From assembly GCA_051382295.1 (NCBI GenBank), contig JBBCAW010000008.1, positions 32,001-96,000 of the forward strand: a stretch of DNA of 64,000 nt. The letters run 5' to 3'. The notes beneath the pieces were generated by a model that did no database searches, was not told the origin of the DNA, and saw only the letters and a list, made by a program, of their open reading frames with translations. The position numbers and the translations under genes are program-made. Numbering within the stretch: position 1 is the first letter of the stretch; each line of letters begins with the position of its first letter. Positions 45,797 through 56,392 of this stretch are shown here, in pieces. The stretch comes from Bdellovibrionota bacterium FG-1 (GTDB lineage: Bacteria > Bdellovibrionota > UBA1018).

Positions 45797-48373
45797 TCAC
45801 CGAATCAACACCTGACGGGGCTTAGCGCCTTCCGCTGGGCCTACGATCCCCCGCCCCTCCATCGTCTCAATCATACGTGCCGCCCGATTGTAACCCACCT
45901 TCAAATGACGCTGCAAATAACTGGCAGACGCATGACCTGAGTGCTTGACAAGCTCAATGGCTTCCCGAAATAACTCATCATCCTCATTTTCACCAGAATC
46001 GCCGCTCCCCTCCGCTTCGTCGTCGTCGGTGGCTTGGAGAATTTCATCCCGATAAACAGGTTTGCCTTGTTCCTTCAAAAAGGTCGTAATCTTGCTAATT
46101 TCATCATCCGAGAGAAAGGCCCCATGAAGTCGAATACTGTGCGCCGCCCCTGGCGGAATAAATAGCATATCCCCTTGGCCTAAAAGACGTTCAGACCCTG
46201 GATGATCCAAAATCGTGCGTGAATCAATCTGAGACGCCAGACGAAAAGATACTCGGGATGGCAAATTTGCCTTGATCAGGCCGGTAACCACATCCGTCGA
46301 AGGACGCTGCGTAGCAATCACCAGATGAATTCCAGCGGCCCGAGCCTTTTGCGCAATTCGGGCAATCGAAACCTCCACTTCCTTCTTTGCTATCATCATC
46401 AAATCGGCAAGCTCATCGATAATGACGACCACATAGGGCAATTTCCCGACTCGCGGAATTCCGAACTCATCCAACTCAAAGGCCGCCTCCCAATCACACC
46501 CAATGCCCACAGGCCGAGCGGCCATCGCTCCCGCAAAATCCCCTGCACCATTAGCATCTGCGCTCTCGTCGTCCGCGCTGAGGACCTCTGAAATTTTCTC
46601 CGTTCCCAGTTCATCGACTTTCTGGTTGAAGGTCGCAAGATTTCTTGCTCCAACTTTAGCCAAAATTCGATAACGACGCTCCATCTCTTGCACCGCCCAC
46701 CGAAGCGCGGTGGCCGCGTGCTTCGGATCATCGACCACGGGGAGCAATAAATGGGGAATATGCTGATAAGCGCTAAACTCAATGAATTTGGGATCGATCA
46801 AAATCATCCGAAGCTCATCCGGAGTGTAACGAAATAGCATCGAACAGATCAAACCATTCATAAACACGGATTTTCCAGACCCGGTTTGCCCCGCCACCAG
46901 TAAATGGGGCATTTTTGCTAAATCCGAAAGATAGGGCGTGCCTCCGATATCCTTGCCCATCACAACGGGAAGCGAATATTTTTCATTGAAAAAATCCGCA
47001 TGCTGCAAGAATTCCTTCGTGTAAACGGTTTCGCGAACATCACTAGGAATTTCGATCCCAACGACTGATTTACCCGGAATCGGGGCCAGAATTCGAACGC
47101 TTTGGGCCGAAAGCGCCATCGATAAATCATTCACTAAGCTCGCGATTCGAGAAACCTTGACCCCTGCAGCTGGCTTAAACTCATACAAAGTGATCACCGG
47201 ACCAGGACGCACAGCGGTGATTTCGCCGTCAATTCCAAAATCCTTGAGCTTCTGAGTCAAAAGCTGCGCATTGGCCATGATTTTTGCCTTATCGATATTG
47301 CTTTCGATCTTGGGCGGATTCTTCAAAAAATCAATTGGGGGAACCTTCCATTGACGATTTTTAAAGTGCCGTTTCACCCGAGCTAATTTTTGCGCCACTT
47401 TATGCGCAATCGCTCCATCGATATTTCCGTGTCCATCGCGCTCAGCTTGCGCTGCCGCCCCCAAAGGCCCAAGAGCAGGATCCACATAGGGGGCTTCGGG
47501 AGGTATAATTTCTGGCATTTTAGCGTCAACCAGGTCCAGGACCGTCGGTTCTTGCGGCCCAATATAAAGCTCACGTTGAGAAGACACAGCCGGCTCCACG
47601 GTTGGGGCAGCATCGACTCTGAGATCTGTCTCAATTTCCTGAGCCGGCGCGGCCACCGCCTTGAACGAAGGCGCACGTTCCCGCGCTCGTCGAATTGCCC
47701 CTTGAATCAAGCGTTCGAGCAAGTCGCCCATCGCATGCGCCGCTCTCATCACGACCAGTCCGAGCAAATACAAAAGATAAGTCCCCACGACTCTCGTTAA
47801 ACGTGAACCAATCACAGCAAATGTGCGTAAGATATGAGCCCCCATCCGAGCCACACTGAGAGGTGTCGAAAGCACAAGGGCCAGACAAAATACCAGAAGT
47901 GAAACGATCGTGGAACCCAATGAGTTAAACTGATGACGCAACCCCTCCGCGACCCACGCCCCAAAAGCCCCCCCGGTCAAAAGCAAAGTCCCCGAATAGG
48001 GCCAATACTTCCACTGAAGCGTTAAAAACACGGTCACTGACATGACTGCCACTGTCATTCCGCCCAGGGTGCCGATCAATCGTGTCGAGCCCTCGCGCTT
48101 GTGGATGCTCACCGACATAAAGAAAAATGCGGCTGGAAGTAAAAATGCCCCCAGGCCAAAACCCTCTAAAAACAATGAAGAAAGATAGGCACCCACCCTG
48201 CCGCACGCGTTAACAGCTCCCCCACGCACATTGCTGAAAATCGAGGGATCACCCGGGTTATAGGTCGCCAAGGAAAAGAGGGCAAAGACACTCAGCGCAA
48301 ACACAAATAGACTCACAACTTCGATCAGAGGGTCTTTAACAAATTTTGCAGTGTTGACGCGTCTGTTTTCCAT
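45797..48373 (-). CDS. ftsK: DNA translocase FtsK
   Basis: N-terminal TM domain, GPVIT, PHLLVAGQTGSGKS, IDELADLM, ATQRPS, gamma domain LQRHLKVGYNRAAR. Confidence 0.97.
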   Translation of the reverse strand: MENRRVNTAKFVKDPLIEVVSLFVFALSVFALFSLATYNPGDPSIFSNVRGGAVNACGRVGAYLSSLFLEGFGLGAFLLPAAFFFMSVSIHKREGSTRLIGTLGGMTVAVMSVTVFLTLQWKYWPYSGTLLLTGGAFGAWVAEGLRHQFNSLGSTIVSLLVFCLALVLSTPLSVARMGAHILRTFAVIGSRLTRVVGTYLLYLLGLVVMRAAHAMGDLLERLIQGAIRRARERAPSFKAVAAPAQEIETDLRVDAAPTVEPAVSSQRELYIGPQEPTVLDLVDAKMPEIIPPEAPYVDPALGPLGAAAQAERDGHGNIDGAIAHKVAQKLARVKRHFKNRQWKVPPIDFLKNPPKIESNIDKAKIMANAQLLTQKLKDFGIDGEITAVRPGPVITLYEFKPAAGVKVSRIASLVNDLSMALSAQSVRILAPIPGKSVVGIEIPSDVRETVYTKEFLQHADFFNEKYSLPVVMGKDIGGTPYLSDLAKMPHLLVAGQTGSGKSVFMNGLICSMLFRYTPDELRMILIDPKFIEFSAYQHIPHLLLPVVDDPKHAATALRWAVQEMERRYRILAKVGARNLATFNQKVDELGTEKISEVLSADDESADANGAGDFAGAMAARPVGIGCDWEAAFELDEFGIPRVGKLPYVVVIIDELADLMMIAKKEVEVSIARIAQKARAAGIHLVIATQRPSTDVVTGLIKANLPSRVSFRLASQIDSRTILDHPGSERLLGQGDMLFIPPGAAHSIRLHGAFLSDDEISKITTFLKEQGKPVYRDEILQATDDDEAEGSGDSGENEDDELFREAIELVKHSGHASASYLQRHLKVGYNRAARMIETMEGRGIVGPAEGAKPRQVLIR

Positions 48374-48399
48374 ATACATATTATGGTACACGGTGAAGC

Positions 48400-49440
48400 A
48401 TGAGTCAGAAAGCATCCGACCGAAAATTCAGGAAAAAAAGCTCCACGAAACACCAGAAAAAGAGCGCCAAAAAAACGACTCCAGCGCCAAAACGTAGACG
48501 CTCGCCCAGCCTCGTACTTGCCTACGACCTAGGCGGCACCAAGGTCGCTGCAGGAATCGTCGACGACCATGGTAATGTACTTGAAGAAATCCGGCAGCCC
48601 GTGGTCATCGAAAAGGGCAAAAACGCGGTGATTCAGCAACTTGCTGATCTCGGACATGCACTCATCCAACGTCATCGTCACGTCACAAAAGTAGGAGTAG
48701 CCTCGGCGGGCCCCCTGGATCCACTGCGCGGCCTCCTTTTGGACCCCACTAACTTTTCAAGCCGCGAAGAAGGCACATGGGGAGTGACACCGTTGGCCGC
48801 GTTACTCAAGAAAAAGCTGGGCGTGCCCGTATTCCTTGAAAACGATGCTGCTGCCGCAATCTTGGCAGAACATTGGATTGGACGCGCCCAGGGCTACGAC
48901 AATGCGATGATTCTTACTCTTGGAACGGGCTTGGGTACTGGCATTATTTGTAATGGCGAACTCGTGCGGGCAGGCCATCATTTTCATCCCGAGGCCGGGC
49001 ATATCATTCTTAAGGTCAATGATCCCAGCGCCCCTTGTGGATGCGGTAATTTAGGATGTGCAGAAGCCTATCTTTCAGGCCGCAACTTCGGCAGGCGAGC
49101 GGCAGTTCGCTTAAAAAGGCCAGATCTTGATGCCAAGCAAGTCACGGAACTCGCCCGCATGGGGGACCGTAAAGCCCTCGAGGCCTTTGCTGAATATGCG
49201 GAAATGATGGCCATTGCCATTCAAAACTATGTCGTGATTTACTGCCCCGAAGTCATTGTCCTGACCGGAAGTTTTGCAGCCGCAAACGACCTTTTTCTGG
49301 AAGCAACCCAAAAGCATTTAGAACATCTCCTTGCGCGGCGCAGACAAGGAACAGATCTCATGCCTCAAATCGTGATTTCAGCACTCGACAATCAAGCTGG
49401 CCTAGTCGGGGGAGCCTACATCGCTTTTCATGCGCGCTAA
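48400..49440 (+). CDS. ROK family sugar kinase with basic N-terminal extension
   Basis: DLGGTK, ENDA, LTLGTGLG, EAGH, CGCGNLGCAE. Confidence 0.9.
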   Translation: MSQKASDRKFRKKSSTKHQKKSAKKTTPAPKRRRSPSLVLAYDLGGTKVAAGIVDDHGNVLEEIRQPVVIEKGKNAVIQQLADLGHALIQRHRHVTKVGVASAGPLDPLRGLLLDPTNFSSREEGTWGVTPLAALLKKKLGVPVFLENDAAAAILAEHWIGRAQGYDNAMILTLGTGLGTGIICNGELVRAGHHFHPEAGHIILKVNDPSAPCGCGNLGCAEAYLSGRNFGRRAAVRLKRPDLDAKQVTELARMGDRKALEAFAEYAEMMAIAIQNYVVIYCPEVIVLTGSFAAANDLFLEATQKHLEHLLARRRQGTDLMPQIVISALDNQAGLVGGAYIAFHAR

Positions 49441-50054
49441 CTCAAAGCCCGGAAGCGATCGAGCAAGTTTTTGATCATTGAACCCGTCGCTCCCCAAATA
49501 CGGTACTCGTCGACCTGAAAGACCTGAATGGCATACTGTTTCCCCTCATAGGGGACAAACTCCACATGATGAGTCTGTTTACTGAGCAAAACCGCCCAAG
49601 AAATCCAGCGAGCTTCCGCGATTTCATCCGCATTCAATTTCAATTGAACATCCTCAATAGGGATTCTTGACCAACCTACCACAGGGGTCACCTCAAACCG
49701 CGTGATGGTCACCAGTGCTGGAAGCCTCCCTAGAACCGCAACATCAGCAGACAAGATCCCCAACTCCTCTTGTGTCTCTCGCAAAGCAGCCTTCACGGCA
49801 CCCTCGCCCCCCCCTAACTCGTCCGACTCACAAACGCCACCTGGAAACGCCATCTGCCCCTTGTGATTACCCACGGTTTCTGTCCGACGCGTAATCAATA
49901 TCCCCACGTCGCCCGAATTTTGGCGCCATCGCCCAAAAAGCAGGAGGACCGCGGCAGCACGTGTACTGATTAAAGGATGACGATCAGGATAGGGAAGATC
50001 GAGTTTAAGCGCCTCAGCCAGCTGTTGCCCGAACAGAACATCCATCCGATCCAT
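49437..50054 (-). CDS. Nudix CoA pyrophosphatase (NudL/PCD1-like)
   Basis: AAVLL, HKGQMAFPGG, ALRETQEELG, IWGATG. Confidence 0.92.
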   Translation of the reverse strand: MDRMDVLFGQQLAEALKLDLPYPDRHPLISTRAAAVLLLFGRWRQNSGDVGILITRRTETVGNHKGQMAFPGGVCESDELGGGEGAVKAALRETQEELGILSADVAVLGRLPALVTITRFEVTPVVGWSRIPIEDVQLKLNADEIAEARWISWAVLLSKQTHHVEFVPYEGKQYAIQVFQVDEYRIWGATGSMIKNLLDRFRALS

Positions 50055-50058
50055 GATC

Positions 50059-51459
50059 CTATTTGCCTCGCAGGTCTATGCCGTAACGTTGCGCCTTTCG
50101 ATACAAAGTGGCGCGATCAATTCCCAATACCTCGGAGGCCTTAGATTTATTGAAACCCACTTCCTGCAAAATCCGCATAATGTGAGCCTTTTCCATATCC
50201 TCTAAAGAGGTCGCCCCTTGCGAACTCCCTCCTGCCCCATTTTCACTCAAAGGTATACCACTCGTACCGTAGCGAACAATCTCGGGTGAAAAATCCTCTG
50301 GAAAAAGCACAGAGGTATTGCTCATCGCTACAGCCCGTTCAATGGAATGCTCGAGTTCGCGAATATTGCCCGGCCACGGGTAAACCTCCAAAAGCCGAAA
50401 CGCCTCGTCTGAAACATGAGAAACACTTTTGCCATTCTTTTCGGCAAAACGTGCCAAAAAATGCCCTACTAAATCCTGAAGATCTTCCATTCTTTCGCGA
50501 AGAGGCGGTAGTTCGATCTGAATCACCTTGAGACGATAGTAAAGATCTTCTCTAAATTTTCCGGTCCGCACCATGAGCTCAAGGTCTCGATGGGTCGCCG
50601 CAATCACGCGCACATCGGCCTTTTTGGTTTCACTGGACCCTACCAATTTAAATTCACTTTCCTGAAGAACCCGAAGCAGCTTAATCTGAAGCCCTAACGA
50701 AATATCACCAATCTCATCCAAAAAAAGCGTGCCGCCGTTAGCCTCTTCAAAAAGGCCCCGCTTATCTGAAACCGCCCCTGTAAACGAACCCTTAACATGT
50801 CCAAAGAGTTCGCTCTCAAGTAGATTTTCTGCCAGCGCACCACAATTGACCGCGACAAACTTACGTCCCCGACGTGGACCATTGTCATGAATCGCGCGGG
50901 CCACCAATTCCTTTCCCGTCCCGCTTTCACCCATCACCAAAACCGTACTCGAAGACATCGCTGCACGCGCCAAAGTTTTGTAAACTTCAACAATCCGGGG
51001 AGAACTCCCAATAAGCCCCTTGGCCGCCACATCAAACTTGCCACTCACACTTGCATTTCCACGGTGCTTCCCGTGAGTGGACTCCCAATGTTTAGCCGCG
51101 CGGGCCACCACACTTTTGAGATGATCAATCTTAAAGGGTTTACTGATATAGTCGAAGGCCCCCTCCTGAATAGCCTCAATCGCCCCCTCCATACTACCAA
51201 AGCCAGTCATCAAGATAACCGCAGTAGCAGAATCTCGCCGCTTAGCCTCACGAAGCACGGCCATGCCATCCAGCTCAACCATTCGGATATCAGAAACAAT
51301 AATCGGAAAACCGCTCTGCCGAAGAACTCGCACCGCTTCTTCGCCGCTCGCGGCAAGTTGTACGGAGTAGCCTTCCCGCTCCAGCACTTCCTTAAGAAGT
51401 TTGCGAGTGACTTCATCATCATCCACGACAAGCATTGTTTGTATTAAAATCGAATTCAT
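50059..51459 (-). CDS. Sigma54-dependent response regulator (NtrC/ZraR/AtoC family)
   Basis: Receiver domain, [29 protein letters not shown], Fis-type HTH. Confidence 0.96.
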   Translation of the reverse strand: MNSILIQTMLVVDDDEVTRKLLKEVLEREGYSVQLAASGEEAVRVLRQSGFPIIVSDIRMVELDGMAVLREAKRRDSATAVILMTGFGSMEGAIEAIQEGAFDYISKPFKIDHLKSVVARAAKHWESTHGKHRGNASVSGKFDVAAKGLIGSSPRIVEVYKTLARAAMSSSTVLVMGESGTGKELVARAIHDNGPRRGRKFVAVNCGALAENLLESELFGHVKGSFTGAVSDKRGLFEEANGGTLFLDEIGDISLGLQIKLLRVLQESEFKLVGSSETKKADVRVIAATHRDLELMVRTGKFREDLYYRLKVIQIELPPLRERMEDLQDLVGHFLARFAEKNGKSVSHVSDEAFRLLEVYPWPGNIRELEHSIERAVAMSNTSVLFPEDFSPEIVRYGTSGIPLSENGAGGSSQGATSLEDMEKAHIMRILQEVGFNKSKASEVLGIDRATLYRKAQRYGIDLRGK

Positions 51460-51463
51460 GGTG

Positions 51464-52876
51464 TCAAACCTGATAAGGAATTTTGAGAACTACCCGCGTC
51501 CATCCGCCTTCTTTTGAATCAATTTCCAAAAGTCCTCCGTATTTGTGAGCCAGCTGTTGGCAAATCGTCAGACCTAAACCAGTTCCTTCGCCTGGACCTT
51601 TAGTCGTAAAAAACGGCTTGAAAATGTTTTTCAAATCAGTCTTTTTGATCCCCTCACCCGTATCATAAACCGTCACACGCGCCCACTCTTTGCCCGCTTC
51701 CGACTCAGTTTGGGTCGAAATTTCCAACATCAAACGACCTCGCTCACGCGCCTGAACCTTAGAACGCAAGCTATCCAGCGAATTATTGACTAAATTGAGC
51801 AAAATCTGCTCCAAATCCAAGGGAACCGCCCGAACTGGGCCCATTTTGCGATCGAAATCTCGCCTCAACTCAACCCCTAAAGCCTCCAAACGGGGGCGTG
51901 CAATTCCAAGCGTCTTCTCGACCAATTGATTTAAATCGACCAGCTGTTTTTGAGAGACGGGTTTAGCCGTGCTCTGCAAAAAGCCTTTAACAATCTTCTC
52001 AATCTTGGCCACTTGCCCGTTAATAATTTCCAGGCGTTCACCACGTCCGATTTCTTCCTGAAGAAGTTGGAGATGCCCGCCAATCGCGTTCAGGGGAGTG
52101 CCAATCTCATGGGCAAAGCTGGCCGTGAGCTGGCCCATAACCGCGAGCTTTTCGGTATTCATAATTTGGCGCTGGGCATCATGAAGTTGCTCGGTCAATT
52201 GAATGTTTTGCGATTCAGCCCGCCGAAGGAGCCGATCATTCGCGATTGTTTTTCGAAGAAAGTAACTCAGCACCAAAATCAGACACACGACACTCATTGC
52301 TGCGGCCGTGGCCGTTGTTTTCCAAAGCGTCCCTATGATGTTCTCGACCACTTTGGCTGAAACAATGAGGTGAACCGTCCCCAGCAGGCGCCGGGGGCCT
52401 CGTGGATCACGCGAACGATGTTCAATAGGAACACTAATTTCCCAGTTATTCGCGCCATTTTCGTCTTCTTTGTACTCACTCGTCACCGCCTCGACCAAAC
52501 TAAACGCAGGCTGGGAAGCGGTCGGATCTTCTTCCACATTAGAGGCGACAACCTTAACGATGCCAGTCACCGGATCTTTCACCACAACGTCCACCCGAAC
52601 AATATTCGGCTGCGAATAAAGGATTTCCTGCATCCTCGACTCAATGGCGGGCGTTGGATTAGGCATCTGCAATAGACGCCCACTCACGATTTCAGCTGCG
52701 AGGGTTTTGCCGGAGGTGACTCCAATTTGGCGGATTTCATCTTCCAAAATAGGTTGGGTCAACTTGTTCTGAGCTACCGTCACAATAAGAAACGTGGGCA
52801 GAATCACTGCGACCAAAACAAGACTGACCTTGGCCTGAAGATCCAAACGCCGTTTGAGATTATGGAGCAATTGCAC
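51464..52876 (-). CDS. Membrane sensor histidine kinase (NtrB/ZraS-like)
   Basis: Two TM segments, AHEIGTPL, NLVNNS, DTGEGI, FFTTK, GTGLGL. Confidence 0.95.
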   Translation of the reverse strand: MQLLHNLKRRLDLQAKVSLVLVAVILPTFLIVTVAQNKLTQPILEDEIRQIGVTSGKTLAAEIVSGRLLQMPNPTPAIESRMQEILYSQPNIVRVDVVVKDPVTGIVKVVASNVEEDPTASQPAFSLVEAVTSEYKEDENGANNWEISVPIEHRSRDPRGPRRLLGTVHLIVSAKVVENIIGTLWKTTATAAAMSVVCLILVLSYFLRKTIANDRLLRRAESQNIQLTEQLHDAQRQIMNTEKLAVMGQLTASFAHEIGTPLNAIGGHLQLLQEEIGRGERLEIINGQVAKIEKIVKGFLQSTAKPVSQKQLVDLNQLVEKTLGIARPRLEALGVELRRDFDRKMGPVRAVPLDLEQILLNLVNNSLDSLRSKVQARERGRLMLEISTQTESEAGKEWARVTVYDTGEGIKKTDLKNIFKPFFTTKGPGEGTGLGLTICQQLAHKYGGLLEIDSKEGGWTRVVLKIPYQV

Positions 52877-52908
52877 TCAACCAATCTACCCTTTTTCGGA
52901 CGACAAAT

Positions 52909-52949
52909 AAAAAAAAACCGAGGAACCCAAAAGGGAATCCCCGGTTTTC
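52909..52949 (-). terminator. Rho-independent terminator after the small secreted protein gene
   Basis: Minus strand AAAACCGGGGA-TTCCC-TTTT-GGG-TTCCTCGGTTTT followed by a T-run. Confidence 0.8.
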
Positions 52950-52971
52950 AAAATCAACTGATTTGATAAGC

Positions 52972-53214
52972 TTACTGACCTGCAGGAGCAGCTGGAGCGG
53001 CGACAGGGGCTGCAGGAGCAGCTGGCTCAGCAGCGGCTTTAGCTTTCTTAACTTTTTTGCTGGTCTTCTTCTTGGCTTTTTTTGCCTTCTGAACAACCAC
53101 GGTCTTTGGGGCTGCTGCGACTGGAGCAGCGGTCGTGGTGGTGGTGGTGGTTTCAGCAGCAAAAGCGGACATAGCGAACAAAGCAGCTACGATAACAACG
53201 AGGGTCCTTTTCAT
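52972..53214 (-). CDS. Small secreted Ala/Lys/Pro/Thr-rich low-complexity protein (Asr-like)
   Basis: AAGGAG RBS, signal peptide ending SAFA, T7 run, KKAKKAKKK core, own sigma54 promoter and terminator. Confidence 0.8.
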   Translation of the reverse strand: MKRTLVVIVAALFAMSAFAAETTTTTTTAAPVAAAPKTVVVQKAKKAKKKTSKKVKKAKAAAEPAAPAAPVAAPAAPAGQ

Positions 53215-53255
53215 ACAGATCTCCTTGAATGGTTTGGCGAACACCTCACCACTAG

Positions 53256-53362
53256 AGCAAAGGAAGTGCCATCATTTTTTTCCTCTATTTTCAATAGGTT
53301 ATCAATAACACCGGAGGGAAACTGTCGCAAACCGCTACAGACTGATGCGGCGGGTTGCAACA
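53256..53362 (-). promoter_or_regulatory. Sigma54 promoter (53256-53271) with IHF-like site (53289-53301) and two enhancer-like palindromes (53323-53339, 53346-53362)
   Basis: Minus strand TGGCACTTCCTTTGCT. Plus strand TTTCAATAGGTTA, TGTCGCAAACCGCTACA and TGCGGCGGGTTGCAACA. Confidence 0.8.
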
Positions 53363-53452
53363 CTTAAAAGGAAAGGATCAGCTTTCTGCGCTCAACCTTC
53401 CGCCAAAAATTCTTATGATTAAATCTGAATCCTTTTGTATGAATGCTGCACG

Positions 53453-54514
53453 ATGCTTCTCTCCTCCTCTCGCCCCTTAGCCAATAGAATCCAAGACCCC
53501 CGCCGAGTCCGAGCGGTGAACATCAGAAGTCAGGTCGAAGCTAAAATTCGATCTTTTTTTACGGCGAACGACTTCATTGAAACCCGTACCCCGCTCCTCG
53601 TTCGCTGTCCTGGCATGGAACCCCACCTTCGCCCCTTCCAGGTCGTTCGGCCTGCCAAGAACCCTGACGCCCCTGCCATTCCCAGCAATCGCGAAACACT
53701 CTTTCTTCCCACATCACCCGAGTTCGCCATGAAACGCCTGCTCGTGGGCGGTCTCCCTCGGATTTTTCAAATCTGCCCCGCATTTCGTGATGAGCCCGAG
53801 TCCTCTACCCATCGTCCCGAGTTTACCTTGCTCGAGTGGTACCGTGCTCACACTGGATATGAGCAGATCATGCAAGACACCGAGCAAATGATCGAGGCTC
53901 TGGCTCGCTCGATTCATGGCGACGCGATCATTCATTACCAAGGCAGAAAAATTTCGGTAAAAACCCCCTGGCCTCGCCTGAAAGTCCGTGAACTCTTTCA
54001 GCAACATGCAGCCGTTAATCTCGTTTGTGCGGCCGACACGACCGTTTTGGCCGCGCATTGCCGCCGCCTCGGCTTAACACCGACACCTACTGACACCTGG
54101 GATGACCTCTATTTCAGGATTTGGCTGAACCTCATTGAACCCAAACTGCCGAGCGATCAGGCCGTGTTTGTCATGCGCTATCCGCCTTCGCAAGCGGCGC
54201 TTGCGGTGATTGACAAAGACCCCGATGGATCGAGGTGGGCCAAGCGATTTGAAGTCTACGCCGCAGGCCTCGAACTCGGGAATGCCTTTGAAGAACTCAC
54301 CGATCCAGTTGAACAACGCAAACGTTTTGAAAAAGACATGGAGCTTCGCACGCAAACGTATGGCGAGGATTTTCCAAAAAGTCCGATCGATGAAGAATTC
54401 TTGAATGCCCTTCAAGAAGGCATGCCTCCCTCTGGCGGGATCGCCATGGGCGTGGACCGGCTGGTCATGCTCCTGGCGGATGAACCGAATATCGATTACA
54501 CTTTCTGGCTCTAG
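53453..54514 (+). CDS. epmA: EF-P lysine aminoacylase EpmA (GenX/PoxA)
   Basis: PTSPEFAMKRLL, FRDE..HRPEFTLLEWY, ELGNAFEELTD, GIAMGVDRL. No anticodon-binding domain. Confidence 0.93.
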   Translation: MLLSSSRPLANRIQDPRRVRAVNIRSQVEAKIRSFFTANDFIETRTPLLVRCPGMEPHLRPFQVVRPAKNPDAPAIPSNRETLFLPTSPEFAMKRLLVGGLPRIFQICPAFRDEPESSTHRPEFTLLEWYRAHTGYEQIMQDTEQMIEALARSIHGDAIIHYQGRKISVKTPWPRLKVRELFQQHAAVNLVCAADTTVLAAHCRRLGLTPTPTDTWDDLYFRIWLNLIEPKLPSDQAVFVMRYPPSQAALAVIDKDPDGSRWAKRFEVYAAGLELGNAFEELTDPVEQRKRFEKDMELRTQTYGEDFPKSPIDEEFLNALQEGMPPSGGIAMGVDRLVMLLADEPNIDYTFWL

Positions 54515-54520
54515 TAGACG

Positions 54521-56392
54521 TTAGGTTTCGCCCTGTACCGCTTCCTGATAGCGATAAAGCCGCGCGTAAAGTCCCCCGGCTTGCAATAACTCGTCATGAC
54601 TTCCCTTCTCTTGAAGGGTTCCTTTATGAAGCACTAAAATCAAATCCGCCGTTTTGACCGTCGCCAAGCGGTGCGCGATCAAAATGGATGTGCGCCCTCG
54701 ACTCTCCTCATCAAGCGATATCTGAAGGCTCTCTTCAGTTTGCGAGTCCATATTGGCCGTGGCCTCATCCAAAATCCAAATCCGAGGGTTGGCCGCCAAC
54801 GCCCTCGAAAAAGCAAGCACCTGCTTTTCGCCCATTGAAAGATTCGTACCCCGTTCTTGAACCAACCCTGTACTGGTATTCCACCATTTTTCATAGCCCA
54901 GACGCGCCAGAGCTTTGCGCGCAGCCATCACACCGGCCCCGCTATCGTCTCGCCAAAAAGTAATATTGTCCTTAAGAGTACCTGAAAAGACAAAAGCATC
55001 CTGCTGAATCATCCCAATCGAAGCACGCAGACGACGTTTATCATAATCACGCAAATCCTTACCATCCAACAAAATGCGCCCACGCTGGGGTTCATAAAAC
55101 CGCATCAAAAGACTGATGAGCGTCGTTTTTCCAGCACCGGTATGACCAACCACGCCCACCCGTACCCCTGGAAGGATCTCCAAATTAAAGTCTTTCAATA
55201 CCCATCGTAATTCACTGTGGGCCTCACCACGGGTCTCGCCGCGTTTGTCATCATAGGCAAACCAAACCCCCTCAAAAATGATATGACCCCGCAAATTTTC
55301 ATAAGGCAGTGTCTCTTCTGAATTTTCGGGCGGAGTTCCAGGGTCTATGGGATTTGACCACGCCACTTCGGTGGGCCAATCTAGGATCGCAAAAATCCGT
55401 TCAACGGAAATCATACCGGACAAGAATACATTCCATTTATCGGCAATTTCCCGAACCGGCTGAAAAAGCGAAATAGAATAGGAAAAAAATGCGACCAACA
55501 CCCCCACTTTAATGACCCCGTTCGAAACACTTTGAGCACCAAAAAGCATGAGTAAAGCGACAGAGATCCCCGAAGCAATCGTAATAGCGGGCTGAAAAAA
55601 AGCATAGACACGAATCGTAGAAATCAATGCGTCCGTGTACCACTGATTAATCCGGCGAAACCGCTCGAGATGGAGATTTTGCCGATTAAACAAATGCACT
55701 ACTCTCATCCCGCTTAAATTTTCAGCCAAAAATGCATTCAGCGCGGACAACTTACTGCGAGATTCCCGGTACGACCTTCGCAATAACTGCGTGAAGTAAA
55801 CTCCAAAAATGACGAGAAACGGGAAAACGCTTGCAGCAATCATTCCCAACTTGACATCCAAAACCACCAGCCAAATCAGAATTCCGACCACCATCAGTGC
55901 GTTCGAAAGCATCGATACAAAACCGGCAGAAAACATTTCACCGATACTCCCGATATCGTTCGTCACGCGGGTCAATAGACGCCCAGCAGGATATTTGTCA
56001 TAAAGCCCCAGAGGAAGCCTCATAAGCGTAGAAAAAAGTTGAACACGCAATTCCTGCGTCACCCTCTGCCCCAATACCTCAAAAACAAAAGTTTGACCGA
56101 TCATCGCCAGGATCCGCACCAAAACCATCAAGAAAAACAGACCTGAAAGCCTCATCAGAAGCTCCCCCCGCTTGGGCACAATCGCCTCATCGATCGCGTA
56201 ACCAAAGATTCGAGGTTCAAGCAACGTGGCAAAGGTGCCTAGAAACATAAGAACCACACCAATCCCCAGCAACAAGCGGTGCCGACCAATCACTCGGGCC
56301 AACCGCCAAAAACTATTCGACTTCAGATGCGGTTGATCGCTCAAGTCATGAACTTCGTCCTGCTCAATAAATTCGGATGGGTTTGAACTCAC
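54521..56392 (-). CDS. ABC exporter, TMD-NBD half (MdlB-like)
   Basis: GRLLTRVTND, GHTGAGKT, LSMGE, LDEAT, IAHRL. Confidence 0.93.
   Translation of the reverse strand: MSSNPSEFIEQDEVHDLSDQPHLKSNSFWRLARVIGRHRLLLGIGVVLMFLGTFATLLEPRIFGYAIDEAIVPKRGELLMRLSGLFFLMVLVRILAMIGQTFVFEVLGQRVTQELRVQLFSTLMRLPLGLYDKYPAGRLLTRVTNDIGSIGEMFSAGFVSMLSNALMVVGILIWLVVLDVKLGMIAASVFPFLVIFGVYFTQLLRRSYRESRSKLSALNAFLAENLSGMRVVHLFNRQNLHLERFRRINQWYTDALISTIRVYAFFQPAITIASGISVALLMLFGAQSVSNGVIKVGVLVAFFSYSISLFQPVREIADKWNVFLSGMISVERIFAILDWPTEVAWSNPIDPGTPPENSEETLPYENLRGHIIFEGVWFAYDDKRGETRGEAHSELRWVLKDFNLEILPGVRVGVVGHTGAGKTTLISLLMRFYEPQRGRILLDGKDLRDYDKRRLRASIGMIQQDAFVFSGTLKDNITFWRDDSGAGVMAARKALARLGYEKWWNTSTGLVQERGTNLSMGEKQVLAFSRALAANPRIWILDEATANMDSQTEESLQISLDEESRGRTSILIAHRLATVKTADLILVLHKGTLQEKGSHDELLQAGGLYARLYRYQEAVQGET

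Noticed and set aside
46440..46620. Acidic insertion in the FtsK motor domain
   Set aside because: It falls in a loop before the LPY..IDE motif that is commonly variable in FtsK proteins.
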